From: Candidatus Hermodarchaeota archaeon
GTDB lineage: Archaea; Asgardarchaeota; Lokiarchaeia; Sigyniarchaeales; SOKP01
Assembly: GCA_048885525.1 (NCBI GenBank)
Contig: JBHLLP010000009.1
Location: 1 to 57,132, forward strand
Length of the DNA stretch: 57,132 nucleotides
Reading direction: 5' to 3'
Positions 20,401 through 30,779 of the stretch are shown here, piece after piece. The translations under genes and the position numbers were made by a program. The first letter of the stretch is position 1, and the number at the start of each line of letters is the position of its first letter. Below the pieces are notes generated by a model, which was given only the letters and a program-made list of their open reading frames with translations, ran no database searches and had not been told where the DNA came from.

Positions 20401-21663
20401 TCATAATGAATATTTCTTTTTATAATATGTTTTGTCAGTAAATACATAAACTTTATCCTTACCATTTCCAACAACTCTATCAATTACTTTCAATTCAATA
20501 ACGATTTTCTTAAGCCTTGTTCCCTTTGGTGTTTTATTAACTAATTTTCCTTGATAATTTACTTTTTCAACTTTCTGGTGAATATAAGTATCAGTATCTT
20601 TAGCCATGATTATAATATCGTCATTTATAGAGAGATATCCATTATCTAATGAAATGGTTGTGAATCCAGTGTTTTTGTCATATTTCTCAATTTGACCTAC
20701 TTTTATATATCTATAATGAGATAAGTTTGTGGGTGATTTATGTTGATGGTCTTCTTCAGTCATTCTTTTAAAATAAAAACCAGGTGTAAATCCTCTGTTA
20801 TAAACTTTTTTTAATTCAGTTACCCATCGTCCTACTCTATCTTTCGTAAATGTTCCATCATAATATGCGTCAATTGCTTCTCGATATGTTTTAGAAACAA
20901 TTTCAACATAATGTGGATGTCGCATTCTACCTTCAATTTTAAAGGCATCAATTTTGGCATCAATTAATCTGGGAATATAAGCAATTGTACATAAATCTCT
21001 TGAATTCATGAATCTAACTCCATTATAAATATACTCTTTTCCCGATTCTTCCCGTACCAACCATCTTCTCCGACAAGGCTGTTCACAATTTCCTCTATTG
21101 GCAGATTTTTCTTCAGTTCCGCAAATATCTTGAGAAAAGTAGCATCTACCACTTACAGATGTACACATTGCTCCATGGATAAATGTTTCTATTTTAGTGA
21201 TTTGTAAATTCCTTTTTATTTCTTTAATTTTTTCAAGAGATAATTCTCTAGCTAAAATTATACGTTCTGCTCCTAAATTTTCATAAAATCTAGCAGAAAG
21301 AGAATTTGAGACATTACATTGAGTTGAAATATGGAATGGAATATCAATTTCTTTTGCAATCTCTATTGCAGCTAAATCATGAACTATAACAGCATCAATG
21401 CCTACTCCCTTACTTGTTTCAATAATTTTACGTAAATAATTGATTTCATTATCGTAAATTAAAATGTTTGTGGCTAGATATGTTTTTAGGTTATTTTTTT
21501 TACAAAACTCTACTACTTTGGGCAGATCATTTAAAGCAATATTTTCAGATCTCATTCGCATATTGAATTTTTCAATCCCAAAATAAACTGAATCTGCGAA
21601 TTTTGACGCTGCTTTTATTGCTTTAATATTTTTAGCTGGCGCTAGTAATTCTACTTTTTCCAT
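20401..21663 (-). CDS. Peptidase U32 family Fe-S protein (likely O2-independent RNA hydroxylase, TrhP/RlhA-like)
   Basis: ELLAPA, HISTQ, ILARELS, ETFIHGAMCTSVSGRC, NRGNCEQPCR and FKIEGRMR. Confidence 0.9.
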   Translation of the reverse strand: MEKVELLAPAKNIKAIKAASKFADSVYFGIEKFNMRMRSENIALNDLPKVVEFCKKNNLKTYLATNILIYDNEINYLRKIIETSKGVGIDAVIVHDLAAIEIAKEIDIPFHISTQCNVSNSLSARFYENLGAERIILARELSLEKIKEIKRNLQITKIETFIHGAMCTSVSGRCYFSQDICGTEEKSANRGNCEQPCRRRWLVREESGKEYIYNGVRFMNSRDLCTIAYIPRLIDAKIDAFKIEGRMRHPHYVEIVSKTYREAIDAYYDGTFTKDRVGRWVTELKKVYNRGFTPGFYFKRMTEEDHQHKSPTNLSHYRYIKVGQIEKYDKNTGFTTISLDNGYLSINDDIIIMAKDTDTYIHQKVEKVNYQGKLVNKTPKGTRLKKIVIELKVIDRVVGNGKDKVYVFTDKTYYKKKYSL

Positions 21664-21900
21664 AGTTTTATTTTCAATTAGATATTGTTTATTAAACTAC
21701 TTTATTAAATTAGAATAAATATATTATAGATTCTATTTAATAATTTATTTGAATCTTTTTAGGATTAAATTATTGTTGGAAAACCATAAACTATCTTTAA
21801 TAAAATTATTAAAATAATTAAAATTCGAACAATTAATAAGAAGTAAAGAGTTTAAAAATAAAATTATATTTAACGATTTTGTTAAAAGTAGTTTTAAAGA

Positions 21901-22341
21901 ATGCCTATTAAAGATTGTCAAATTGGAAATGATGTAAAAATAATTGAACCCGTTAATTTATATGGTAGTAAATTGGGGGACAAATGTTTTATCGGACCAT
22001 TTGTAGAGATACAAAAGAATACAATCATAGGTGAAAATACTAGAATTCAAAGTCATTCTTTTATATGTGAAGGAGTGACAATTGGTAATCATTGCTTTAT
22101 TGGCCATGGAACGATGTTTACTAATGATCTTTTTGATTCTCCAAATATTGAAAGTTGGATATTACGGAAAACTAAAATTGGTAATAATGTTCGAATTGGT
22201 GCAAATGTAACAATATTACCTGTAAAAATTGGAGATAACGTTATAATTGGAGCTGGATCAGTAGTCACTAAAGATGTTTCAGCTAATTGTGTTATAGCAG
22301 GAAATCCAGCAAAAATTATTAGAAAAATTGAGGTTAAATAG
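21901..22341 (+). CDS. Hexapeptide-repeat sugar N-acetyltransferase (WbpD/FdtC-like)
   Basis: IGPFVEIQK, SHSFICEGVTIG, FTND and IGAGSVVTKDV..GNPA. Confidence 0.88.
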   Translation: MPIKDCQIGNDVKIIEPVNLYGSKLGDKCFIGPFVEIQKNTIIGENTRIQSHSFICEGVTIGNHCFIGHGTMFTNDLFDSPNIESWILRKTKIGNNVRIGANVTILPVKIGDNVIIGAGSVVTKDVSANCVIAGNPAKIIRKIEVK

Positions 22342-22343
22342 GT

Positions 22344-23234
22344 ATGAAAATTGGAATTATCGGAATGGGTTATTGGGGTAAAATTATATTAAAAAATTTA
22401 GAAAGTATGGGAAAGAAAGACATAATTGTATCTGATATTTCGTTTCCAGAAACTAATGTGTATGATAAATACAACGCCTTTAAAGATTATAGAAAATTAG
22501 ATTGTGATTATGTTTTTATCACGACCCCAACGATAACTCACTATGAAATAACTAAATACTTTTTAGAAAAGAATGTGCATGTTTTCTGCGAAAAACCTTT
22601 AACATTGTCATCTTTTAAAGCAGAAGAATTATACAATATTGCTTTAAAAAATAAAGTAATTTTATTTACAGATTGGGTATTTACTTTCAATAATCAAATT
22701 GAAACGATGAAGAGAGATTATGAAAGTGGGAAATTAGGCGAAATTAGAAGTATTTTTATGAATAGATTAAATCTTGGTCCTGAAAGATTTGACGTTAATG
22801 CTCGATGGGATTTAGCATCTCATGATGTTTCAATAATCCAATACATTTTTTCAAAAAAACCACAAAGTATTAGATGGACAGATTATAAAAGAAATTTAGA
22901 GTCCCAACAAGAAGATAGTTCCTTAGGGTTAATTGAATATAAAGATTTTTCAGCAACTATTAATGTAAGTTGGTATTATAGGAAAAAAGTAAGGGAATGT
23001 GTATTTGAGTTTGAAAATTATTTCATTGTATGGGATGATTTTAAAAGATTCTTACAATATGAAGACGCTAGTAACGTAAGTTTTCCAATTTATTCTGGTA
23101 ATTTGAGTTATCCATGTAGTGAATACCACGCTCCACTGAAAAATTCCATAAATTCCTTTTTTACTTTTTCAGAAGAAGAAATGTTAAATCAAAAAGATTT
23201 AACAATTAGTACCATAAAAATCTTGGAGGTTTAA
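22344..23234 (+). CDS. Gfo/Idh/MocA NAD-dependent oxidoreductase (WbpB-like)
   Basis: GIIGMGYWG, HVFCEKP, RLNLG and WDLASHD. Confidence 0.88.
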   Translation: MKIGIIGMGYWGKIILKNLESMGKKDIIVSDISFPETNVYDKYNAFKDYRKLDCDYVFITTPTITHYEITKYFLEKNVHVFCEKPLTLSSFKAEELYNIALKNKVILFTDWVFTFNNQIETMKRDYESGKLGEIRSIFMNRLNLGPERFDVNARWDLASHDVSIIQYIFSKKPQSIRWTDYKRNLESQQEDSSLGLIEYKDFSATINVSWYYRKKVRECVFEFENYFIVWDDFKRFLQYEDASNVSFPIYSGNLSYPCSEYHAPLKNSINSFFTFSEEEMLNQKDLTISTIKILEV

Positions 23235-23237
23235 GTA

Positions 23238-24356
23238 TTGAATATTAAATTTAATGATTTATCAAAGCAGTGGGATATAATTAGAGAAGAAACATTGCCT
23301 AGATTAGAAGAATTATTCAAGAAATCTGATTTCATTGGCGGTAAAGCAATAGAGGAATTTGAAAAAAATTTTTCGAATTATTGTAATACAAAATATGCTG
23401 TTGGAGTCTCAAATGGGACCGATGCTTTAAAAATATCTTTGGCAGCTCTAGATCTAAAATCTCCATGCGGGATAATAATTCCAGCAAATACATTTATTGC
23501 TACAGCTTTAGCTATAACTTATCTTAGCAATATTAATTATGAAATAATCTTGATTGATTGTGATCAATTTTATCAAATTGATATTGAATTATTAGAATCA
23601 TATTTAAAAGAATACAGAAGAAATTGGAAATCTTGTGTAATTATACCAGTCCATCTTTATGGGCATCCTGCTAATATGAAAAGAGTAATTGAAATTGCAA
23701 AAGATTTTGAATGTTTTATTCTTGAAGATGCTTCTCAGGCTCACGGTTCTATTGTTTTAAATAAAAAAGTTGGAGGTTTAGGAGATATTTCCGCATTTTC
23801 ACTATATCCTGGTAAAAATTTAGGAGCTGCTGGGGATGCGGGTATAATAACTACAAATGATGAAGAATTATTTAATAAAGTGAAAGCACTAAGAAATTAT
23901 GGTTCCTTTAAGAAATATGAGTATGAATATCGGGGTTGGAATAATAGATTGGATACAATTCAAGCAATAATATTAGATTCAAAATTGAAATATTTAGATA
24001 AATGGAATAATATGAGAATTGATGTAGCTAATAAATATAATAGATTACTACATGATAATTCGAATTTTATTACTCCTAAGCAAGCACCATATATTGACAA
24101 GCAAATTTATCATATTTATGCTATTAGAGTTAAAAATAGAGATGATTTTCAAACTTATTTAGCTGAACATAATATTCCTACAATTATTCATTATCCCATT
24201 CCAATTCAGAAAACCAAACCATTTAAATATCTAGATCACTTCGATAATAAAAGAGCTTTACAATACGCGAATGAACTATTGAGTCTTCCAATATACCCAT
24301 TTCTAGATGATGTGGAAATAGAATACATTACAGAAACGATTAATAATTACTTCTAA
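23238..24356 (+). CDS. DegT/DnrJ/EryC1/StrS PLP-dependent sugar aminotransferase
   Basis: SNGTDAL, PANTFIAT, PVHLYG, EDASQAHG, SLYPGKNLGAAGDAG (PLP lysine) and N.RLDTIQA. Confidence 0.93.
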   Translation: MNIKFNDLSKQWDIIREETLPRLEELFKKSDFIGGKAIEEFEKNFSNYCNTKYAVGVSNGTDALKISLAALDLKSPCGIIIPANTFIATALAITYLSNINYEIILIDCDQFYQIDIELLESYLKEYRRNWKSCVIIPVHLYGHPANMKRVIEIAKDFECFILEDASQAHGSIVLNKKVGGLGDISAFSLYPGKNLGAAGDAGIITTNDEELFNKVKALRNYGSFKKYEYEYRGWNNRLDTIQAIILDSKLKYLDKWNNMRIDVANKYNRLLHDNSNFITPKQAPYIDKQIYHIYAIRVKNRDDFQTYLAEHNIPTIIHYPIPIQKTKPFKYLDHFDNKRALQYANELLSLPIYPFLDDVEIEYITETINNYF

Positions 24357-24520
24357 GTCATTTTTTTTAAATTATTAAATCGAATCTGACAATATATTCT
24401 AAAAATTATTTGAAAAGAATTTAATCTATTTATAAGGATTTCTCATTATCTTTCTCACTTTAAAGTCAGTTTTACAATTAATAAACTTTAAGATAAAATA
24501 ATAATTTTGAATGTTAATTT

Positions 24521-25555
24521 ATGTCTGAGGAAACTAAAAATAAATTTGTTATTTGGTTAAAAAAGTATAAACGATTAATTATTGGTTTATCTACTTTATT
24601 TTTAATCATTTTGATGATATTCTTAGTAGATTTCCGTAGTTTTATAGATAGAATAACCACAATTGGTATATGGGGAACATTCTTATTTGTCATTTGTTAT
24701 TCTGTAGCTTTTCTCCTTAGAGCATATAAATTAAAATTTATATTTATTGGACTTGATCAAAATATTCGCTTTAGTACGTCAATTTTTTCTATTGGAGCGT
24801 GTTTTGTAATAAATGATTTAACTCCAGGGAAAGTGGGCGATATAGCGAAAATATTCATAATAAAAGACCAAGAAAGTAAAAGATTAAGCGAATCAGTTGC
24901 AGCAATTTCAATAGAAAGAGTGTTAGATCTTATTTTTTTATTTCTTATTTGCAGCTTTACCCTCGTATATCTCTATATTATTAATATTGATGTAACTATT
25001 TTAGGACAAAGAATTCAATTCTATCTCATAATAGGTGCTATTTTAATTATACTTCTCATTATTTTCTTTCTATTGCTTCTCTATAAAACAGAACTTGTAT
25101 TAAAAGTTGTCCAAAAAATTTCAAAAAAATTAGAATTTTACGTGCGAAGATTTTTAATTAACTTTAAAGAAGGGATTAAGAAGTTTAGAAATCATAAGAA
25201 AGATTTTTTATATATTGTCATACTAAGTTTTCCTACTTGGATTTTTGATGCAATTATTATAGTAATCTTCTTCTATTTTTCAGGATACGCTGTTAATGTT
25301 TTTATATTAATTTTAGCAGCAATATTGTTATTTTTTAGTAAAACATTTCCAATTACTCCCGGAGGTTGGGGGATATCAGAAAACATTGGAGCTTTATTTG
25401 TCTCTCTATTTTATCCTTCAATTCCATACGCAGAAATTCTTTCACTTTTTATTATTGATCATTTATTTAGGAGTGTTTACCTATTTTTCTATGGGGGATA
25501 TTCAATATTTCATTATAATTACAAACTAAAAGAAATTCAAGATATAGAGTTGTAA
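24521..25555 (+). CDS. Lysylphosphatidylglycerol-synthase TM / putative lipid-linked sugar flippase (UPF0104/AglD2-like)
   Basis: Multi-TM with LRA.K, N..TPGKVGD, ERVLD and PITPGGWGISE motifs. Confidence 0.85.
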   Translation: MSEETKNKFVIWLKKYKRLIIGLSTLFLIILMIFLVDFRSFIDRITTIGIWGTFLFVICYSVAFLLRAYKLKFIFIGLDQNIRFSTSIFSIGACFVINDLTPGKVGDIAKIFIIKDQESKRLSESVAAISIERVLDLIFLFLICSFTLVYLYIINIDVTILGQRIQFYLIIGAILIILLIIFFLLLLYKTELVLKVVQKISKKLEFYVRRFLINFKEGIKKFRNHKKDFLYIVILSFPTWIFDAIIIVIFFYFSGYAVNVFILILAAILLFFSKTFPITPGGWGISENIGALFVSLFYPSIPYAEILSLFIIDHLFRSVYLFFYGGYSIFHYNYKLKEIQDIEL

Positions 25556-25702
25556 TTAAAAATTTAAAATATTCTTATCAAGAGAATCTAAATTAATTAG
25601 ATTAATTTAAGAAAAAAAATTATTTAAGAAAAGTTATGCTTAATAATTTATCAAATTTCTTTTCATAATTAAATTATTGAATAGTTACGGAATGAAGCCA
25701 TA

Positions 25703-26422
25703 TTGTTTGATGGAAAACGAATAATTTGTATCGCTCCTTGTTTCAATGAATTATACAAAATTGATAAAGTTGTGAAGAAAGTCAAGCAAACAATAGTGGA
25801 TGAAGTTTTAGTAGTAGATGATGGGTCGACTGATAATTCACCTGAAACAGCAAAAGCACAAGGAGCAACGATTATTTCATTAGGAAAAACTTATGGGGTA
25901 GGATTCGCTCTTCGAAAAGGAATTGAATATGGTATAAAAAACAAATATGATATAATAGTAATAATTGCGGGTAATAATAAAGACAATCCAAATGAAATAA
26001 TAAAATTATTGGAACCTATAACAAGAAATGGGTTTGATTTTGTTCAGGGATCTCGCTTCAAAAAGGGAGGTGGATACGGATCAATGCCATTTTATAGAAT
26101 TATTGCTACAAGAATCCATCCCCTATTATTTTCTATCATTTCCAGAAAGTGGGTTACTGAAAGCACTAATGGATTTCGAGCGTTTAAAACTTCAATATTT
26201 AAAGATAAAAGAATAAATATATGGCAACCATGGCTTGATCATTATGAACTTGAACCCTATTTATATTATAAATTAATAGTTCTTGGATACAAAACAACAG
26301 AAGTACCCGTAGAAAAGTTATACCCACCTAAACAATTAGGATATACAAAAATGAAACCAATAACTGGCTGGTGGAGTATTTTTAAACCGCTAATTCATTT
26401 AGGACTAAGACTACGCAAATAA
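25703..26422 (+). CDS. GT2 glycosyltransferase, polyprenyl-phosphate sugar synthase (DPM1-like)
   Basis: PCFNE, VVDDGSTD, G.G.A...G, DFVQGSRF and T.GFRAF. The DxD position reads AGN. Confidence 0.88.
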   Translation: MFDGKRIICIAPCFNELYKIDKVVKKVKQTIVDEVLVVDDGSTDNSPETAKAQGATIISLGKTYGVGFALRKGIEYGIKNKYDIIVIIAGNNKDNPNEIIKLLEPITRNGFDFVQGSRFKKGGGYGSMPFYRIIATRIHPLLFSIISRKWVTESTNGFRAFKTSIFKDKRINIWQPWLDHYELEPYLYYKLIVLGYKTTEVPVEKLYPPKQLGYTKMKPITGWWSIFKPLIHLGLRLRK

Positions 26423-26457
26423 AATTCCTTATAAACGTTTTTTTTTAATATTGTTTT

Positions 26458-27516
26458 TTAATAAATAAAAATTATGAGAAGATAAGAAATAAAAACCGCT
26501 ACAAAAGATAAATAAAATGTTAAAATGTGATTATTTACCTTAACTTCCCTTTTAAAAAGTCCTAAATTTAAATTAAATGAAAAAAAATCTTTTTCTTTCA
26601 AGATTCCATAAAATAAGATTGCCTGGAACCAACGTGCATATAAAAAGCTGAAGATCATGAACGAAGCAGTAGTAATTGTGGAAATAATTATAATTTCGAA
26701 TTGATCAGCCTCTTTTAATCTAAATAAAATAAACAGGAAAGCGATAATTATGAAGGGTATTATTCTGATGAATAATGGTAATTCAGTGCCAGAAGAAGAC
26801 CAATTAATTAATGTATCTAGAAACCAATCTGTTACAAACAGAGGAAGGATTAACAAAGCAATTATAATTGGTGCAATTGTTAAGATAAATATTTTCATCT
26901 CTTGCCAATTTTTTTTAATTAAATATTTCAAAAATAGAAACCCTACTGCTGGTAAAGTATAATATTTTGAGCATATTGATAAACCTAAAAATAAATAAAA
27001 TAAATATCTAGCATATTTTTCTTTTTTAGGATAAAATGAGAATGCTAAGAATAAAAAGAAGAAGAAATAAGCATCAGTAATATGATATCCACAATTTTCT
27101 AAACTAAATGAATTATTTAAAAAAAAAAATGGATTTACCATAAATAATCCAAAGGCATACTTAATATTTTTAATTTCAAAACTCTTTAAAACGAAATAAA
27201 AAATTAATACTGTCAAAAGATCCCAAAAAAAACCCCAAAATGCAAAAATTTCAATACTTCCAAAAGAAAGAAATCTAAAGATTTCTAAAAAAAATATTGC
27301 TAGGGGTGTACTTGTTAGATTCCTCTCAAAATAGAACCCTAAATCTCCCCAGGATCTTCCAGGATCTATTGCATGAGTATAATAATAATATAAAAGCATA
27401 CTAATTCTAATTATTATACCAAAAGCGATAAGGAATAAAGCTTTATATTCTAAAACTTTCTCTAAAAAGTTTTTCTCTAAGGATAGTTCAGACTTATTTT
27501 CCATATATGTTTTCAT
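26458..27516 (-). CDS. Polytopic membrane protein, possible GT-C fold glycosyltransferase
   Basis: About 10 TM. WGD after TM1, DL, NPFF, D..FF and SKYYTLP resemble GT87/PIG-M-like patterns. Confidence 0.55.
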   Translation of the reverse strand: MKTYMENKSELSLEKNFLEKVLEYKALFLIAFGIIIRISMLLYYYYTHAIDPGRSWGDLGFYFERNLTSTPLAIFFLEIFRFLSFGSIEIFAFWGFFWDLLTVLIFYFVLKSFEIKNIKYAFGLFMVNPFFFLNNSFSLENCGYHITDAYFFFFLFLAFSFYPKKEKYARYLFYLFLGLSICSKYYTLPAVGFLFLKYLIKKNWQEMKIFILTIAPIIIALLILPLFVTDWFLDTLINWSSSGTELPLFIRIIPFIIIAFLFILFRLKEADQFEIIIISTITTASFMIFSFLYARWFQAILFYGILKEKDFFSFNLNLGLFKREVKVNNHILTFYLSFVAVFISYLLIIFIY

Positions 27517-27801
27517 ATTGAAATTCTTAAAAAATTTTCTAAATAAAAACAGAAATAAGAAAAAAGCACTCTTATTAAACTGAATAACTATTACATGGAA
27601 ATAACATAGCTTTTAGTTAATTTCTATAAAGAAGTTTTCAGTATATCATGCAATTTTTAAATACAAATACTTAATTAATTCATAGATTATAGGTTTAATT
27701 TATCCATTAACCAATTAATTCAGAAATTTTCATATTTTTTACCAAAACCTAATAACAGTGTTCTTTTTAATATATCATTGATTCATATAAGATTCTTTTG
27801 A

Positions 27802-29238
27802 GTGAATATGATACCAAATAATAAAGAAAACCTTATTATAATGAAATTTGGTGGCTCTTGTCTCCAAAATTCTCAATCTTTTGATCAGATAAGGAGACTA
27901 ATTAAATCCTATATAGTAAAGTCTAAGTTAGTTATTGTTTTTTCGGCTATAATGGGTGTAACTGATATATTAATAGATTTTTATAATAAATCTTGCAGTG
28001 AAGGATCTAAATGTGAATATCTACTTGAAAATGTTAGAAACATTCATAGAGGATTAATATTTCAATTAATTAAATCAGAAAAAGAAGAATTTAAAAATTC
28101 TATTGAATATCTGAACAAAAATATTGAAGAGTTAAGCCAGTTAGGACGTGTAATAACATTAATTAGACCAAGTATGGATATTCAAGACTTAATAATATCG
28201 TATGGAGAAAAACTCAGTACATTCATTATAACCCAATATTTACTTTCAACCGGTATTAAAGCAAGATTTTTTTCTTCTAGTGAAATTATTCTAACAGATG
28301 ATAATTTTGGGAATGCTTTACCTTTATTGATTGAAACTAAAAATCTAGTAAATGAGAATTTAGTTCCATTATTAATTTATGATTCTGATCTTGTGATTTG
28401 TGTAACTGGATTTTATGCTTCTACAAAAGATAAAAAAGTTACTACTTTAGGAAGAGGAGGAAGTGATTTAACAGCAGCAATACTAGGTTATTCCTTACGG
28501 GATAAATTTAGATGTAGAGTCATTTATTGGAAGGATGTTAAAGGATTTTTAAATGCAGATCCTAGTATTGCTAAAAAAACCTTACTTTTAAAACAGCTTT
28601 CATATATGGAAGCAAAAGAACTTGCTTTTTTTGGTACAAAAGTACTTCATCCGCTTTGCCTTGATGTAGGTGAAAAAGGAGATATTACTTCAGAAATTAG
28701 ATCTTTTAAAGATCCAGACTCAAAGGAATTTACAACTATCACTAAAGAAATTGTAAAGGATGGGAAAATCATCAAAGCTATAACTTCGATTTATAAGCTT
28801 TCTATGGTAACAGTAGAAAGCGACACAATGGTCCCTCTCCCCGGAACAGCCTCAAAAATTTTTTCTTTATTAGGAGATAATAATGTAAATATTCTATTCA
28901 TCTCTCAGAGTTCTTCAGAAAACAATATCACATTTGGTATAGAGTTTGAAAATTCAAAAAAAGTAAGTTTTCTTCTGAGAAATTCTGAATTATTTGGAAA
29001 GAAATGGTTTCGAATTAAAATAAATAATGATATTTCTTTAGTAGCTATTGTTGGTGCTGGTTTACTTTATACACCAGGGATTGCGGGAAAAGTTTTTACA
29101 ACTTTAGGTAATAACAATATTAACATTTTAGCTATTGCTCAAGGCTCTTCAGAATTGAATTTCACTGCTATTATTGAAAGAGAAAATTGTTACAAAGCAA
29201 TAAATATATTGTATAATGCATTTATCGAACAAATATAA
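27802..29238 (+). CDS. lysC: Aspartate kinase with two C-terminal ACT domains
   Basis: MKFGGS, SA..GVTD, SYGEKLS, TTLGRGGSDLTA, WKDVKG..NADP, EAKELAFFG.KVLHP, SQSSSE and QGSSE. Confidence 0.93.
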   Translation: MNMIPNNKENLIIMKFGGSCLQNSQSFDQIRRLIKSYIVKSKLVIVFSAIMGVTDILIDFYNKSCSEGSKCEYLLENVRNIHRGLIFQLIKSEKEEFKNSIEYLNKNIEELSQLGRVITLIRPSMDIQDLIISYGEKLSTFIITQYLLSTGIKARFFSSSEIILTDDNFGNALPLLIETKNLVNENLVPLLIYDSDLVICVTGFYASTKDKKVTTLGRGGSDLTAAILGYSLRDKFRCRVIYWKDVKGFLNADPSIAKKTLLLKQLSYMEAKELAFFGTKVLHPLCLDVGEKGDITSEIRSFKDPDSKEFTTITKEIVKDGKIIKAITSIYKLSMVTVESDTMVPLPGTASKIFSLLGDNNVNILFISQSSSENNITFGIEFENSKKVSFLLRNSELFGKKWFRIKINNDISLVAIVGAGLLYTPGIAGKVFTTLGNNNINILAIAQGSSELNFTAIIERENCYKAINILYNAFIEQI

Positions 29239-29264
29239 AAAAGAAATGAGTTTTTTATTCCAGA

Positions 29265-30500
29265 TTAGTAAAATTCTTTAAATTTTTCTTGAGCTAGATC
29301 TCTTCTAATTTTTTCTTCTTGTTCGGGAGATATTTTTTCTATAAGAGCTTCGTTGCAAATTTTTTTTCCTATTATTACCTTAGGATTATTTGCCCAATTT
29401 ACATTTAATAATAGACAAAGGTAATATATAGATGACAATATGAACGCAATAAGATGTCCGATATTCCTCTCCGAAGGATCCTCAATTGAGATCTTTGCTG
29501 CAGGTACTTTTTGTTGTATTAATGCTTGAAATGTCGCATTTGCTTGAGAATTTACGATAGTTTGAGCACTTAGACCATCCACATACCTGATGGAAGAGGT
29601 TAAAATAATATCGGGATCTTCATTTTTTATTGTCCATAATATTGGTATAACAATCCCTTTGGTCCCTCCTAAGAGATATTCTAAAACAGAATGTTGGCAA
29701 ATTGGAGCAGATTGATAAGTACCAATCATTCCTTTTTCATCTTTTCCTGTGCTTTCTGATATTCCTTGAACCCATAATCCAACACTTCCTTCAAGATTTT
29801 TTGAATATGGCATTGAAAAGACTACTTTATAGTCTTTTTTATATAAACTAAATAGAAATGCTGCAAGTTCAATAGATGGGTGCTTTTCATATTCTGAAAA
29901 TAGTTCATAACTTTTCTCTAATCCTTTTAAAAATTCTTTAATATTAATACCAGCAATATAAGCAGGAACAATTCCTACGTTTGTAACGGATCCTGCATAG
30001 CGTCCAGAAAGATTGGGTACATCTAAAATAGGACATTCTATCTCTTTCAATATATTATTCATAGTTCCCATAGAAGACAGTCCTAAAAATTTATACCCTC
30101 TTTTTAAGAAAGTACCAATAGTTGAATTAATATCTAAGGTTTCTCCCCCTCGCGATATCGGAATCACAAGTGAATCTTTCGCAGATGTTTTATCTAAACA
30201 TCCTTTTAATTCGACAGCCCTAGAACTAGTAACAGGAAAAATTTTTCTTTTTGCTAAATGTTTTAAGGCAAGTAAGGTCTGAATTGAACCTCCTGTACCT
30301 AAAACAATTATGTTTTTTAACTCATCTGTCATAAATTGCTTTGCAGTGTTTTGAATTTCGTTAATATCAAAATAGGTATTTGTATCAAAGAAAAATGGAG
30401 AATCCCAATTATCTTTATTTTTAGCAATTAATTCTATTGAATCTCTCAGTATAGATTCATTTATTTTAGGATAATATTCAAATTTTATATTTGAAGTCAT
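29265..30500 (-). CDS. Divergent glucose-6-phosphate isomerase (PGI/SIS) family protein; start taken at ATG 30500 (ORF track 30587)
   Basis: GTGGS, SRGGET, GRYA, Q..SESTGK, QHS and NPKV..GKK correspond to PGI motifs. Confidence 0.75.
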   Translation of the reverse strand: MTSNIKFEYYPKINESILRDSIELIAKNKDNWDSPFFFDTNTYFDINEIQNTAKQFMTDELKNIIVLGTGGSIQTLLALKHLAKRKIFPVTSSRAVELKGCLDKTSAKDSLVIPISRGGETLDINSTIGTFLKRGYKFLGLSSMGTMNNILKEIECPILDVPNLSGRYAGSVTNVGIVPAYIAGINIKEFLKGLEKSYELFSEYEKHPSIELAAFLFSLYKKDYKVVFSMPYSKNLEGSVGLWVQGISESTGKDEKGMIGTYQSAPICQHSVLEYLLGGTKGIVIPILWTIKNEDPDIILTSSIRYVDGLSAQTIVNSQANATFQALIQQKVPAAKISIEDPSERNIGHLIAFILSSIYYLCLLLNVNWANNPKVIIGKKICNEALIEKISPEQEEKIRRDLAQEKFKEFY

Positions 30501-30779
30501 AAGATTCGAACCCTTATACTTTAGTAAATTTATTAATACATTTATATAATCTACTCTTGTTTTTATTATTTTATTAATTAATATCATAATTCATAGAATT
30601 TACACGAAATCGTGTTTAAGTTCTAAAAAATGTTAAAGATCAACAATACTATCATTTTCGCCATTAAAAAAATTTGAAAATTAGAACTCTATTTTGCTTA
30701 AAATAAAGGTATAACCAACTATACATAATATAATGTATCTATAAAAATAACACATTTTTTTTCTTTAAAGTGAATTTTA

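Noticed and set aside
30501-30587. N-terminal 29 codons of the ORF-track PGI-like protein
   Set aside because: Low-complexity AT-rich sequence overlapping the likely divergent promoter; ATG 30500 is a more plausible start.
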